A stretch of 63,421 bases of DNA, counting the filler, from Octopus bimaculoides (lineage: Eukaryota), in assembly GCF_001194135.2 (NCBI RefSeq). It is 7 parts of 6 records of this genome, joined end to end, with 100 filler letters (N's around TTAATTAATTAA, not from the genome) between each part and the next. Parts side by side here need not be neighbours in the genome. Positions count along the whole stretch, not along the records: positions 39,543 to 50,622 come from NC_068983.1; positions 50,723 to 56,322 come from NC_068990.1; 5 more parts are not named here. One strand, given 5' to 3'. A model generated the notes under the pieces. It ran no database searches and had not been told where the DNA came from. It worked only from the letters and a program-made list of their open reading frames with translations. A program made the translations under genes and the position numbers. Of the stretch, positions 42,412 through 54,244 are shown one piece after another. Numbering within the stretch: the first letter of the stretch is position 1; every line of letters starts with the position of its first letter.

Positions 42412-43801
42412 ATCATAAAAGAAAACTTAATTGTCTGCTGTACTAGGACACATCATAGGAGAGGAAGCATTTGAGCTACAAAAGAATAGGAAGCAAGGCA
42501 CCTTAAATTAGTTCATTGGTCAGCTATTTTTCAGGAAAAGAACAGCACTAAGGTATCATCTCTTCGGATTATAAAAATTTCAGTGCATGTCATCAGGCAG
42601 TTGCTGGTAGTTGAAGCATCAGTAAAGCACTAAGCAAAATGTCTCGCGGTATCGCATGAGTTTCAATATGTTATGCTTTCATATAGCTCTGAGACCAACC
42701 TGATATTTGAATATTATATCAGCACAACTTTGCTATCAGGTTTTCGTTGTGTTACTGCGCAGCCCTCCAAACTGTATGACTAAGGTTTGATCGCTGATTG
42801 ATGTAGGAGAGTTTCTGGAACTACTGTCTATTCTGTCAGGAAAAAATACTCAAATATTGAGTGAAAAATTAGTCATGCAACATCATCATGAGAAAATTTA
42901 TGGACCATCGTAAAATTCTCCGCCTCATCTCTCTCGCTCTTTCTCTCTGTTTCACTCACTCTGTACACGCACGCACACACACACACACACACATATATAT
43001 NNNNNNNNNNNNNNNNNNNNNNNNNNNNNNNNNNNNNNNNNNNNNNNNNNNNNNNNNNNNNNNNNNNNNNNNNNNNNNNNNNNNNNNNNNNNNNNNNNNN
43101 NNNNNNNNNNNNNNNNNNNNNNNNNNNNNNNNNNNNNNNNNNNNNNNNNNNNNNNNNNNNNNNNNNNNNNNNNNNNNNNNNNNNNNNNNNNNNNNNNNNN
43201 NNNNNNNNNNNNNNNNNNNNNNNNNNNNNNNNNNNNNNNNNNNNNNNNNNNNNNNNNNNNNNNNNNNNNNNNNNNNNNNNNNNNNNNNNNNNNNNNNNNN
43301 NNNNNNNNNNNNNNNNNNNNNNNNNNNNNNNNNNNNNNNNNNNNNNNNNNNNNNNNNNNNNNNNNNNNNNNNNNNNNNNNNNNNNNNNNNNNNNNNNNNN
43401 NNNNNNNNNNNNNNNNNNNNNNNNNNNNNNNNNNNNNNNNNNNNNNNNNNNNNNNNNNNNNNNNNNNNNNNNNNNNNNNNNNNNNNNNNNNNNNNNNNNN
43501 NNNNNNNNNNNNNNNNNNNNNNNNNNNNNNNNNNNNNNNNNNNNNNNNNNNNNNNNNNNNNNNNNNNNNNNNNNNNNNNNNNNNNNNNNNNNNNNNNNNN
43601 NNNNNNNNNNNNNNNNNNNNNNNNNNNNNNNNNNNNNNNNNNNNNNNNNNNNNNNNNNNNNNNNNNNNNNNNNNNNNNNNNNNNNNNNNNNNNNNNNNNN
43701 NNNNNNNNNNNNNNNNNNNNNNNNNNNNNNNNNNNNNNNNNNNNNNNNNNNNNNNNNNNNNNNNNNNNNNNNNNNATACGCATATGTTAAATGAATTCTT
43801 T

Positions 43802-43893
43802 TATTTCCGACATATGTTTCGAAGATTACAAATGGTTCCTTCCAAATGAATAAGTGATGTTGATAAAGATGTAATCTTCTCTTCAGGGAAATA
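43802..43893 (-). ncRNA. Type I hammerhead ribozyme, canonical core (left arm of palindrome)
   Basis: Minus strand reads tatttcc-CTGAAGA-gaagattaca-[39 nt loop]-tgtaatcttc-GAAAC-atat-GTC-ggaaata. Stem I is 7 bp perfect, stem II is 10 bp perfect, stem III is 2 bp closed by the palindromic tetraloop ATAT, and the cleavage triplet is GUC. All core nucleotides are intact. Confidence 0.9.
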
Positions 43894-43966
43894 CATAGGA
43901 ACCAGCTTAACCGTAAGACATTTTAACATTCGGTTAAAATGTCTTACGGTTAAGCTGGTTCCTATG

Positions 43967-44058
43967 TATTTCCTTGAAGAGAAGATTACATCTTTATCAA
44001 CATCACTTATTCCTTTGGAAGGAACCATTTGTAATCTTCGAAACATATGTCGGAAATA
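43967..44058 (+). ncRNA. Type I hammerhead ribozyme with C3U substitution (right arm of palindrome)
   Basis: tatttcc-TTGAAGA-gaagattaca-[39 nt]-tgtaatcttc-GAAAC-atat-GTC-ggaaata. Same as the left-arm copy except C3 to T at 43974 and one change in the stem II loop. Confidence 0.8.
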
Positions 44059-44429
44059 AAAGAATTCGTTTAGCATATGCGTATTACTCCATTTATATAT
44101 ATATATTATAGACTTGAATATTATAAAGTCATACTTTAACAATCTTATAATTCCATCACGACAATGGTTGTCTAATTGTCTAATATTTATATATATTCAT
44201 ACGTATGTATAGAGGTATTCATGTATGTATACACATACATACATACATACATACATACATACATACATACTCACGTACACGCATACATATATATATATAC
44301 ATACATACTTACACATACACACACACATACACACACACCTATTGCAAGATTATCTAATGCTTGGTGGTTGCTTTTTATCAGCGTTATTTGACGGGCAGTT
44401 TTCTTCTTCAAACGCCTGACAGAATCGTA

Positions 44430-44800
44430 AAACCTAGCAAAGCCGTCCATTCTGATGGAATTAGGACCAAAGTCCTAATGTTGTCGACTATTTTGGCATA
44501 GTGAAAGCATTAGCCACCTTTATTCAGAACCTTAACGAACTGATTCATAATGCCAAACTTTCTATGGAGTAGAAGTAGGATGATTTTTCCGGTTGTACAA
44601 AAGGCCCTTCAACCACACTAAAAATCCCTGGAACTAATATTCGTTGCGGCCATTCTTTGATCACCAAGTGTTTTCCATTGTCTCTGCTATTCCGCATACA
44701 TAAACAGCATGGATATTTGGTGTATTCACTTTGTTTTCACAGGAGAAAGTTGACCATCTTAAAGTCCACGCGTTTCACCCGCAGATGATTAGAACGTTTG
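44430..44800 (-). pseudogene. Chapaev/Transib-related DNA transposase remnant
   Basis: VDFKMVNFLL*KQSEYTKYPCCLC..KEWPQR..LVPG..P.V.PEK, then a frameshift to IILLLLHRKFGIMNQFVKVLNKGG. Resembles the DLKM..GYTKYPCFLC / LPPLHIKLGLMKQFVKAL motifs; family assignment is from memory. Confidence 0.55.
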
Positions 44801-47439
44801 GGTATCTTGAAATCTAGATGTCATGATATAAAATGGATTCCATTTTAGGATTCAGTAATATCAGTTTTTTAAACCTTCAAATTGGGTAAAAACGCCCTGA
44901 CAACAAAATGCATGTTGGGTTGCGTAATTTATAAATATCATCAGAAAACTGAGTTGTTTCTCTCAAAAGGGATAACGGGTGGTGTAAGCGTTTCTCTGTG
45001 CGTATGTGTGTATGCGTTAGGTACACGTGTATTTTTATAGAAATACAAATCGTTTGCATTTGAAGTGTATATCTTGTTTTGTATATAAGTACATGTTGTT
45101 TGCATTTAAAGTGTATGGATACAATTTGTTTTGTATAATAAATATATTTTGTTTACATTTAAAGCATATATTTATAAATATATTTCGATTGCACCTTAAA
45201 TGTATAACTATAATTGTAATTACATTATATCTTTAATAAATTCGAAATGAAATAACAGCTTTACATTATTAGATAGTAAAACAAACTAATGTTTTCAAAT
45301 ACAATTATTATATATATTTACAGATTTCGAACACAAGCGAAACATATGGAAAAAAGCATTGCAGATATAAATCCTCAAATCCAAATTAGTTTCTCGTTAA
45401 AAAAAAAAAGAACCATTGTTTTTAGTTTAAACATTGCAGACTCAAAATCTTTGATGTTCAAAGTTTGTTTTTAAGGTATCGTATAAATGTCAGGGGATGT
45501 TTAAAAATCCAATATCTTTTGTTATTTTCACATTTTAAGATTTGCTTGCAATCTTGAATGTCACACTTGGTGTGATGTTATAAACCACGAGGCGTAGGTG
45601 GTTTAGTTGTCTGAACAGCCCCAGGACAAGAGAAAGAAGGCGAAGTCAACTTCCTAAAGAGATGTAATTATAAACCGCATGAAATTTATTGTGGTCGCTA
45701 TCATTAATTGCTATTAAACTGCTTTTCATGTTAGAATTTGATTTTCAGTCTGATGCACTACTTATTATGCTGCAAGGGAGTCTTTACGAATCGCTTGACC
45801 AATAGGAATAGCACTCTACAGTCTTCAGTTAAGAACGATATATTGGACAGTAGAGCCCTAGATACGCAAAAATCGCGAGTTTCAAGGCTGGAATACCTTT
45901 TAATAAAAGGTTTGATTGATCAGAGCTGACCTAGAGATAAACAACAATTGCATATATTTTAGAACCAATGACAGATACACGCGTCTAATATTTTATTTAT
46001 GAATTTCTTCAGCGAAAGTAATGATACTTGTTAGCTCACTTTATAGAAATTATTCTTCAGAACTCTAATTGCTATCAATAAAAACAGTTTTCGTTTAATA
46101 TACCTGAAACTAGACGCACGCGAAATCTGTTGCGTGTACTTCGTGCACTTGAACAGGAACGGCAGAAATGTAACGACAAAACTATCGAAATAAGTTAAGT
46201 ATGAATAATTTGGCGCTGAAGGAGTGAAATAAATGAAGCAACTTCTATGTGTTCAGTCATTTACTAGCAAAGGGTATATTTTGTATATTGTGTTGTTGCA
46301 TTTCTGAGTGGCGTTGTTCAAATCATTCACTGAGAAGAAAAATGTTAGTTTTGCACAAATAGACACACTTTTATAGGTGTTCGATATTCAATGCTTCGCT
46401 TAGTTTCAATGAACTTGTTCTATTTATGGAGCGCACAAGCCGATTAATTTCATTAAAATCAATGTTATCTCTAGCCCAAAATAAATTACGTGTTTAACCT
46501 CATAAGAACATATGTAGGCACTTCACATTTCAAACGAATCATATAAGTAAATATGTCTATGTAGGTATGTATGTATGTATGTATGTGTGTGTGTATGTAT
46601 GCGTATGTATGTATGCGTATGTATGTATGCGTATGTATGTATACATGTATGTATGTATGTCCGTGTGTGAATGTGCGTGTGATCGAAGCCTATACTTTAT
46701 ATTTATATATGTATGTATGTGTATATGTATGTGTATGTGTATATCTATATGTATATGTGTGTGTGTGTGTGCGTGTATGCGTGTGTGAGCATGTGTGTGC
46801 GTGTGTGTGGATATAAAAAAAAGGCCCAACATTATCATTGAAGACTTTCCTACGATTCAAGTGTACAATAAATATTGATTAGGTTCTTTTTGAACAGACA
46901 CGATATCTTATGATTCAGAGCAGGTGAAATATGTTATTATGAGCCTCGAGGCTTTCTCAAGAGTATCAGATGAGTAAATAAAGTTAAATGGTTTCAAATG
47001 CGTATCGAAGATATATTGTGGTCTCAACGACCTGATCTATCGCCTAGCACACGCCATGATCATGATCGTTAGTAGACTGTAATAATCAGAAAAACATCGG
47101 ACAAAATGTTGAGTGATAATTAGTTAAAAATCTTTACGTTCTGAGATTAAGTCAGAGATCAACAAAAATGAAGAGCTAGTCAGATACACGTTGTGTGGTT
47201 AATAATTTTACGTTACAACCACTTGAGTCTAGGTTTAATTCCGCAGCGTATCATTTCTGGTTGATATGTTCCACAATAAACTCAAGTAAAATAATTTCTT
47301 GTGTATATGACAGAAAGTGTGTGGAAACCCTTCGAATATATGTAATTCCTACATACATGCATACATACATGCATGCATACATACATACAAATATTCATTC
47401 ATACATACATACATACATATACATATATATAAATATATT

Positions 47440-47521
<82 letters not shown>

Positions 47522-47756
47522 TGTGTGTTTGCTTGTGTTTTTTTTCTTCAAGGAGCTGTTTTCTGACAAAGTAACAAAGCTATATCGTTGGAATTTGGAC
47601 ATCAAAAATGGAAATGTACTGCATACTTTAACTGTTCTATCTACAGACTATTCGTAAAGTATTAGTTGGTCACTTTCTTTGACTGGAAATCCTAGCTTTT
47701 TGAGCATACCATATTGAAACAATCAAATAAACATCTTGTAACAACCAAATAAATGA

Positions 47757-48085
47757 TAAAGATCCCCCTTTGGTCATGAATGACCATGGGATTGCTCCTA
47801 GAACGTTTCCTTCCGAGAAACAAGTCCGGACAAGATTGTTTATGGAAGATCAGCAGTCACCCATACATACTAGTTTCCCTTTATCCATATCACCCATGTT
47901 AGCCAAGAGAAAGGCTAACAGCTTGGCACCAGTGACGTCGCAACTCATTTCTACAACTGAACGAACTGGAGCAACGTGAAATAAAGTGTCTTGCTCAAGA
48001 ACACGACACAAAGCCTGGTCCAGGAATTGAATTCACTACCTCGTGATCGTGAGCCTGATGCTCTAACCACTGAGCCATGCACCTA
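47757..48085 (-). mobile_element. SINE family D, near full length
   Basis: Reverse complement matches 41500-41825 (CTTGAGCAAGACACTTTATTTCACGTTGCTCCAGTT; GGTCATTCATGACCAAAGGGGGATCTTT tail). Confidence 0.8.
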
Positions 48086-49695
48086 ACAAAATACAGCAAT
48101 AATTATTCGTAAAACTCTGAATTTATAATCAAGGTAGGGAACCTACAAATATCGAGACAGTTGTTCTTCAACCGTTTCATCATTTCCACTGATTCTTAGA
48201 AGAAATGTTCCATTGTTCGCAATTGTCGTGCAGCTGACTTTATCACTGTCCCAAAGTGCTATAGAAGCATTGGAAAACTTTGGCTAAGGCAGAAGGATAG
48301 GCTCAAAGCTAATCTGAAAGGGATAAATATTCTCTAAGAAACTTATGAGAAAACTTTATTGAATTTCAACGAGTGGATTTTGAAGTGGACTCTCTGAGTC
48401 ATCTTAAAAACTAAGATCAAAGACAGTTTCGAACTTCCGTCCTGGTAAGCCATCGGCGGACTGCAATGCGTTTAAGTTAATCTTAACTTTATATAGTCTC
48501 TGTGAGTTAAAATTTTACTTAGGTGTGTAGGTTTGAGTGGAGTGGTATTTAGGTTGTAGGGTGGTTTGTAGAAGAGAGGTATTTTAGAGAAATTTTTATT
48601 GATTAAATTTGGAGTTGTGTTGTTGTTTAGAATTTATTTATGTATGTAGAAGTTTGTAAGCAGGTGTGAATGCTTAGGCACGTTCATCTTAGATCATTGG
48701 ATTGATTTTTAGGGAGTTCACAAAAAGGATGTGGGTAGGTCTAGAATATGCCAGTAGTTTTAGTTATATTTGCTTTTATTGGATTTAATCCTTTGCTTTG
48801 AAAATGCAAAGGTCAAAGGTTCAAAGTTTAGTCTCGTATTAAAACCTCAGTAATAGGTGTTAGCCTTTTTTTTTGGAGGGGGGGGGGAACGGAATATTTT
48901 AAAGATTCACAAAAGAATGTAAGAAGGTGGTATTTTTGGCTGCTCTGTTTCTTTACTTATTGTTATTTAGGGTATTTCCTTTGTATTTGGAAGGTGGGGG
49001 ATATTAGCCTGGCATTTTATGGTGTTGTTAGTATAGAAATTTGTTTATCTTGTACTTTGATGTTCACAAGAGGATGTGGGTAAGTGTTAAGGTTGTTGGT
49101 CTATATGTTCCTCTCTAGGGGTTCATTGTTCTATCAGCAATTTGATTAATGTGTAGAAATTCTAACCTTTGTGTTTTATGAAGGTAGAATTTGAGGATTA
49201 TAAACATTTCTTCAGCTCAATTTCAAACATGGATATTTTATGATATATCATTTTAGGCCTGTGAATATATACGAAAGTGAAGCATTATAAAAAGTGTGTA
49301 TATACACGAATAAAAATGGGAATGAAATTTAATTTGAAAAATTGATTTAAAAATTTAAAGAAGTGATAAATATAGGAAAGCCTCTTCCAACTTGCTTGCA
49401 CGTAAATATATATTTATATGTGTGTATTTATGTTTGTGGATTTATATTAGAAAATCTGTTGTGAGGATTTTGCTTGGAAATAGGGAAATTTTTTAGATAA
49501 TTTCTATATTAATTGTTTTGTGTAAAACTGTAAAAATGTTTTTTTTATGCATACTATGGGGATAATTTATGGAGTAGGCGGAAGGAGAGAAGATGGTGAA
49601 GTATTTGCATGTTAAACCGTTAGAAAACAATTATTGGTTTCAAATGTTTTACTGTCTTTAAGATTTTATGCCTGCAGCGGTGGGAAATAATCACT

Positions 49696-49728
<33 letters not shown>

Positions 49729-49829
49729 GTATATCACCTTTCGTAATATCATTAATTTCTAGACGTGTCTTTGCTGTTGAACTCAAAGGATCAAAGAATT
49801 CATTTGGACTATATATTATTTTGTTTATT

Positions 49830-50540
49830 ATAGGTTGGAAAACTGCACTGTTATATCGTAGACTCGATATAATATCATTAGTACATGATCCATTTTAGTC
49901 GATTGGAGGGCCAATCTAGTTACGTGAAATGATTTTTGTTTAGCAGAATAGAAATAGATTTTAAAATTAGGCTTTATATTTTTCACTGCTCCGTGATCCT
50001 TTAGCAAAGTTTCATTTTCATAAGATACTTTTAGGTCCAGTCCAATGTTCTTTCATTTCTTCTTTTTATTTACGCAATCTCATCTGTTGAGGCAACTTGT
50101 TTCTTAGCTGTTTTGTTAGTTTAGTTTTGTTACGCAATCCGTCTATCTCGTGGAATCAAGTTCTTGCGGGAACAGACGTGTTTATATGCTTTGCTTTTGA
50201 CAGATCTTAACGTTGAGGTTGTTAATATGCTGCGACAGGTTTGTTTTGAGGATTTCAGTTTCGATGTGGAGTGAGCAATATTTGATATTATCTGTGTGTC
50301 ATTTGATGTTAAATGTATGTGCTGCCCTCTTCAAACCATATACAGATAATTGTATAACGTTGTGATCGGAAGCAGGTGTTGGGATTACCTGAACATTGTG
50401 AATGAAGTCTGTACTGGCAGTAAAGATTAGGTCAAGTATGTTATTTCCCCTAGTTGGACAGGAAACATGAGAAAGTTTTTAGTGGTATCGAGGAGAGCGT
50501 TCATATCACTCTTGCTTTAGTTGTTCAGTTCCAGGTTGGT
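49830..50540 (-). pseudogene. CR1/L2/Jockey-group LINE ORF2 remnant (end of APE endonuclease plus linker)
   Basis: SHVSCPTRGNNILDLIFTASTDFIHNVQVIPTPASDHNVI at about 50345-50470; downstream a degenerate AVKNIK..IGP segment. Confidence 0.75.
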
Positions 50541-50558
50541 TATAGCCATCAGGCTAGC

Positions 50559-50622
<64 letters not shown>

Positions 50623-51214
50623 NNNNNNNNNNNNNNNNNNNNNNNNNNNNNNNNNNNNNNNNNNNNTTAATTAATTAANNNNNNNNNNNNNNNNNNNNNN
50701 NNNNNNNNNNNNNNNNNNNNNNTTTTTTTTTGGGGGGGGGGAGGTATGTGTGCGTGTGTGTATTTGTTGTCTTTTGTTTTTGTTTTTGTTTTTGTTTTTT
50801 TGCTTCTTGCCTCATTTTTCTTTTGAACTGGCATGGACATTTCTTTGAAGAATGTGAAGACGGAAGCTGGAAAGCAGAGCGTTATCCAATCGATGTTGAA
50901 TGTAGAAGATTCTTAGAAGTGTTATGAGGTAATGGTTGTTGCCGTTAGGCCTAACACTAAGCTGCAGTGGAGAAGGCAAACCACTGGATTTGGCTTGAAA
51001 GAGATGGTAAACAATAGCTAAAAGAGTATTGAGTGAAGTCTAGTAGCTAGTTGATTTAGCAAGTGGGGTAAGCGGTGCGCACTAATGTCATCGAGAGGGA
51101 AGCCTTGAAACGGCGTACATCCCCTCCTGATGACAACATAAGCCTGATACTGTCAGATATTCAGAACTTTCAACTGGTAACCCTTTTATTTGCAAGTTGT
51201 TTGCAAATAATGTT

Positions 51215-51510
51215 CACAGGTGTGGCTGTATGGTAAGAAGACTGCTTCCCAATCACATAGTTCCGGGATCAGTCCCATTGCGCGGCACCTTAAGCAAATG
51301 TCTTCTACTATAAGCCTTGGGCCGACCAAAGCCTTATGAGTGGATTTGGTAGACAGAGACTGAAAGAAGCACGTCGTATGTGTGTGTGTGCCCACGTGTG
51401 TGTGTCCGCGTGTCTGTGTGTAGATAGTCATGTGTATGTATAGATACTTATGTGTGTGTGTGTGTATCTTTGTTCCCCCATCATCGCTTGACAACAGATG
51501 TTGGTATGTT
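51215..51510 (+). mobile_element. SINE family A, 5' two-thirds (ends at gap)
   Basis: Match to the family A head, body and internal (GT)n. Confidence 0.8.
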
Positions 51511-51815
51511 NNNNNNNNNNNNNNNNNNNNNNNNNNNNNNNNNNNNNNNNNNNNNNNNNNNNNNNNNNNNNNNNNNNNNNNNNNNNNNNNNNNNNNNNNN
51601 NNNNNNNNNNNNNNNNNNNNNNNNNNNNNNNNNNNNNNNNNNNNNNNNNNNNNNNNNNNNNNNNNNNNNNNNNNNNNNNNNNNNNNNNNNNNNNNNNNNN
51701 NNNNNNNNNNNNNNNNNNNNNNNNNNNNNNNNNNNNNNNNNNNNNNNNNNNNNNNNNNNNNNNNNNNNNNNNNNNNNNNNNNNNNNNNNNNNNNNNNNNN
51801 NNNNNNNNNNNNNNN

Positions 51816-51967
51816 CTAAACGGAAAAGTTTTCCGACATCGTCCTCGAACTCAAGAGTATTTGAAAGAAAGGATCCGTGAAAAAATCAATGCAAAACCAC
51901 CTGAGATGACACGGAGAGTCATGGAGAACTTCCGGGAACGACTACACCAGTGTATTGCCAACAACGG

Positions 51968-51970
<3 letters not shown>
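51816..51970 (+). pseudogene. Tc1/mariner-superfamily transposase C-terminal fragment
   Basis: LNGKVFRHRPRTQEYLKERIREKINAKPPEMTRRVMENFRERLHQCIANNGR matches the typical C-terminal helices of DDD transposases. Starts at a gap. Confidence 0.7.
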
Positions 51971-52014
<44 letters not shown>

Positions 52015-52029
52015 TGTGTGTCTGACTCA

Positions 52030-52215
52030 ATACTGCTTGACAACCGGTGTATTTACGTCCCCGTAAGCTGGCAGTTCGACAAAAGGGCCCGATATAAAAA
52101 GTATTAGGCTTTTTTTTTTAAATGTAAGTACTGGGTACGATTCATTCGACAAACAATTCTTCCAGGCGGTGCTCCAGCATAACCGCAGTCCAATTACTGA
52201 AAGAAGTAAAAAGAA
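52030..52215 (+). mobile_element. SINE family A, 3' part
   Basis: CTTGACAACCGGTGT..TTTACGTCCCCGTAA..GGCGGTGCTCCAGCAT. Confidence 0.7.
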
Positions 52216-52367
52216 AAAAAAGAAAAAAAGAAAAAAAGAAAAAATATATGTTGAGTTTATTAAACCACATTGACTTGCACAAAATACCAGTTCAATTTTT
52301 TAGTAGATATTTAACATTAATTCTAGAATAAACATGAAATTCAATTTCGCAATTAAAGAGTCAACTA

Positions 52368-53216
52368 CTGTAACCCCTCGCCATATCGGGGTCCACTTAT
52401 CGCAGTTTGCCTATCGTGGTTCACCTATCGCGGTTTATTATTTAAGCTTACGTAAGGCGACGAGCTGGCAGAAACGTTAGCACGCTGGGCGAAATGCTTA
52501 TCGATATTTTATCCGTCATTACGTTCCGAGTTCAATTTTCGCCGAGGTCGACTTTACCTTTCATCCTTTCGAAGCCGATAAATTAAGTACCACTGAAACA
52601 GTGGGGGTTGGTGTAATCGACTTGTCTCCTCTCCCAAAAATTGCAGGCCTTGTACCTATAGTAGAACGGATTGTCGTGGTTCACCTATCGCGGTTTATTA
52701 ACTAAACTTACGTAAGGCGGTGAGCTGGCAGAATCGTTAGCACGCCGGGCGAAATGCTTATCGATACTTCGTCTGTCTTTACGTTCTGAGTTCAAATTCC
52801 GCCAAAGTCGACAATGCCTTTCATCCTATCGGGGTCGATAAATTAAGTACCAGTTACGCACTGGAATTGATGTAATCGAATTAATCCCTTTGTCTATCCT
52901 TGTTTGTCCCCTCTATGCTTAACCCCTTGTGGGCAATAAAGAAATAAGAAACGTTAGCATGCCGGGCGAAATGCTTCGCACTATTTTGTCTGCCGTTACA
53001 TTCTGAGTTCAAATTCCGCCGAGGTCGACTGTGCCTTTCATCCTTTCGGGGTCGATAAATTAAGTACCAGTTGCGTGCTGGGTCGATCTAATCGATTTGC
53101 CTCATCCCCAAAAAATAATTTTAAAATATACAGTACAGTATTGTTTCTACTTCGCGGATTTTCATCTATCGCGGGGATTTTGGAACGTAACACACGCGAT
53201 AGTCGAGGGATTACTG
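52368..53216. mobile_element. Tigger/pogo-type MITE interrupted by stacked SINEs
   Basis: TA at 52366-67 and 53217-18. Imperfect TIRs CTGTAACCCCTCGCCATATCG / reverse complement CAGTAATCCCTCGACTATCGCG. About 180 bp of core remains after removing SINEs. Confidence 0.65.
52453..53110 (+). mobile_element. SINE family B monomer plus dimer stacked inside the MITE
   Basis: Monomer 52453-52670; dimer about 52715-53110 with linker 52882-52946. Confidence 0.85.
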
Positions 53217-53477
53217 TAGATTCATAATTGTTTTGTTTTTGTTAGTTTTGTTGTTGTTGTCGTCGTCGTCGTCGTTTTGTTCCTCTTTTTCTTTTTTCTT
53301 TCTTCTCACCATCACAGTCCTGTAGAGCAGTTAAGAAACGCTTTTTCCTCCCCTTACACTCAGCATTGTTATGCATTGCTAAGAGTTAAGTCCCTTCAAG
53401 AGAGCCATAGTGACAAGCTCCCCAATCTACCCAATCTACCTAATCTATTTAAACAGTGAGCATTTATAAATGCTCAC

Positions 53478-53820
53478 CGACTTTGCCTTTCATCCTTTCG
53501 GGGTCGATTAAATAAGTACCAGTTACGCACTGGGGTCGATATAATTGACTTAATTTCTTTGTCTGTCTTTGTTTGTCCCCTCTGTGTGTAGCCCCTTGTG
53601 GGCAGTGAAGAAATAAGAAACGTTAGCACACCGGGCGAAATGCTTCGCACTATTTTGTCTGCCGTTACATTCTGAGTTCAAATTCCGCCGAGGTCGACTG
53701 TGCCTTTCATCCTTTCGGGGTCGATAAATTAAGTACCAGTTGCGTACTGGGTCGATCTAATCGATTTGCCTCCTCCAAAAAAACTTCGAGCCTTGTGCCT
53801 AGAGTAGAATAGAATATATT
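53478..53820 (+). mobile_element. SINE family B dimer, 5'-truncated
   Basis: Partial monomer, linker 53551-53615, second monomer with GCCTTGTGCCTAGAGTAGAA tail. Confidence 0.85.
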
Positions 53821-53849
53821 ATTTGTGGTTTCAAGTAAACAAAAAGGAC

Positions 53850-54244
53850 TATTCTCTTTTACTCTTTTACTTGTTTCAGTCTTTTGACTGTGGCCATGCT
53901 GGAGCACCGCCTTTAGTCGAGCAAATCGACCCCAGGACTTATTCTTTTGTAAGTCTAGTACTTATTCTATCGGTCTCTTTTTGCCGAGCCGCTAAGTTAC
54001 GGGACGTAAACACACCAGCATCGTTTGTCAAGCGATTTTGGGGAGACAAACACAGACACGCAAACATATACACACACATACATATATATATAAACATATA
54101 TACGACGGGCTTCTTTCAGTTTCCGTCTACCAAATCCACTCTTCTATAGTAGAAGACACTTGCCCAAGATGCCACGCAGTGGGACTGAACCCGGAACCAT
54201 GTGGTTGGTAAGCAAGCTACTTACCACACAGCCACTCCTGCGCC
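53850..54244 (-). mobile_element. SINE family A, near full length and well preserved
   Basis: Clear reverse complement of the family A consensus. Confidence 0.85.

Larger units (their letters stand above)
43777..44084. mobile_element. Palindromic fold-back element with two hammerheads (Penelope/retrozyme-like, non-autonomous)
   Basis: Arms 43777-43927 and 43933-44083 (151 bp each, 4 mismatches) around a 5-nt loop ATTCG. The left end abuts an N-gap and may extend further. Confidence 0.8.

Noticed and set aside
51105-51140. GAAAC-GGC-GTA..CTGATGA in type II hammerhead order
   Set aside because: Stem I cannot form a hairpin and there is no stem II pairing.
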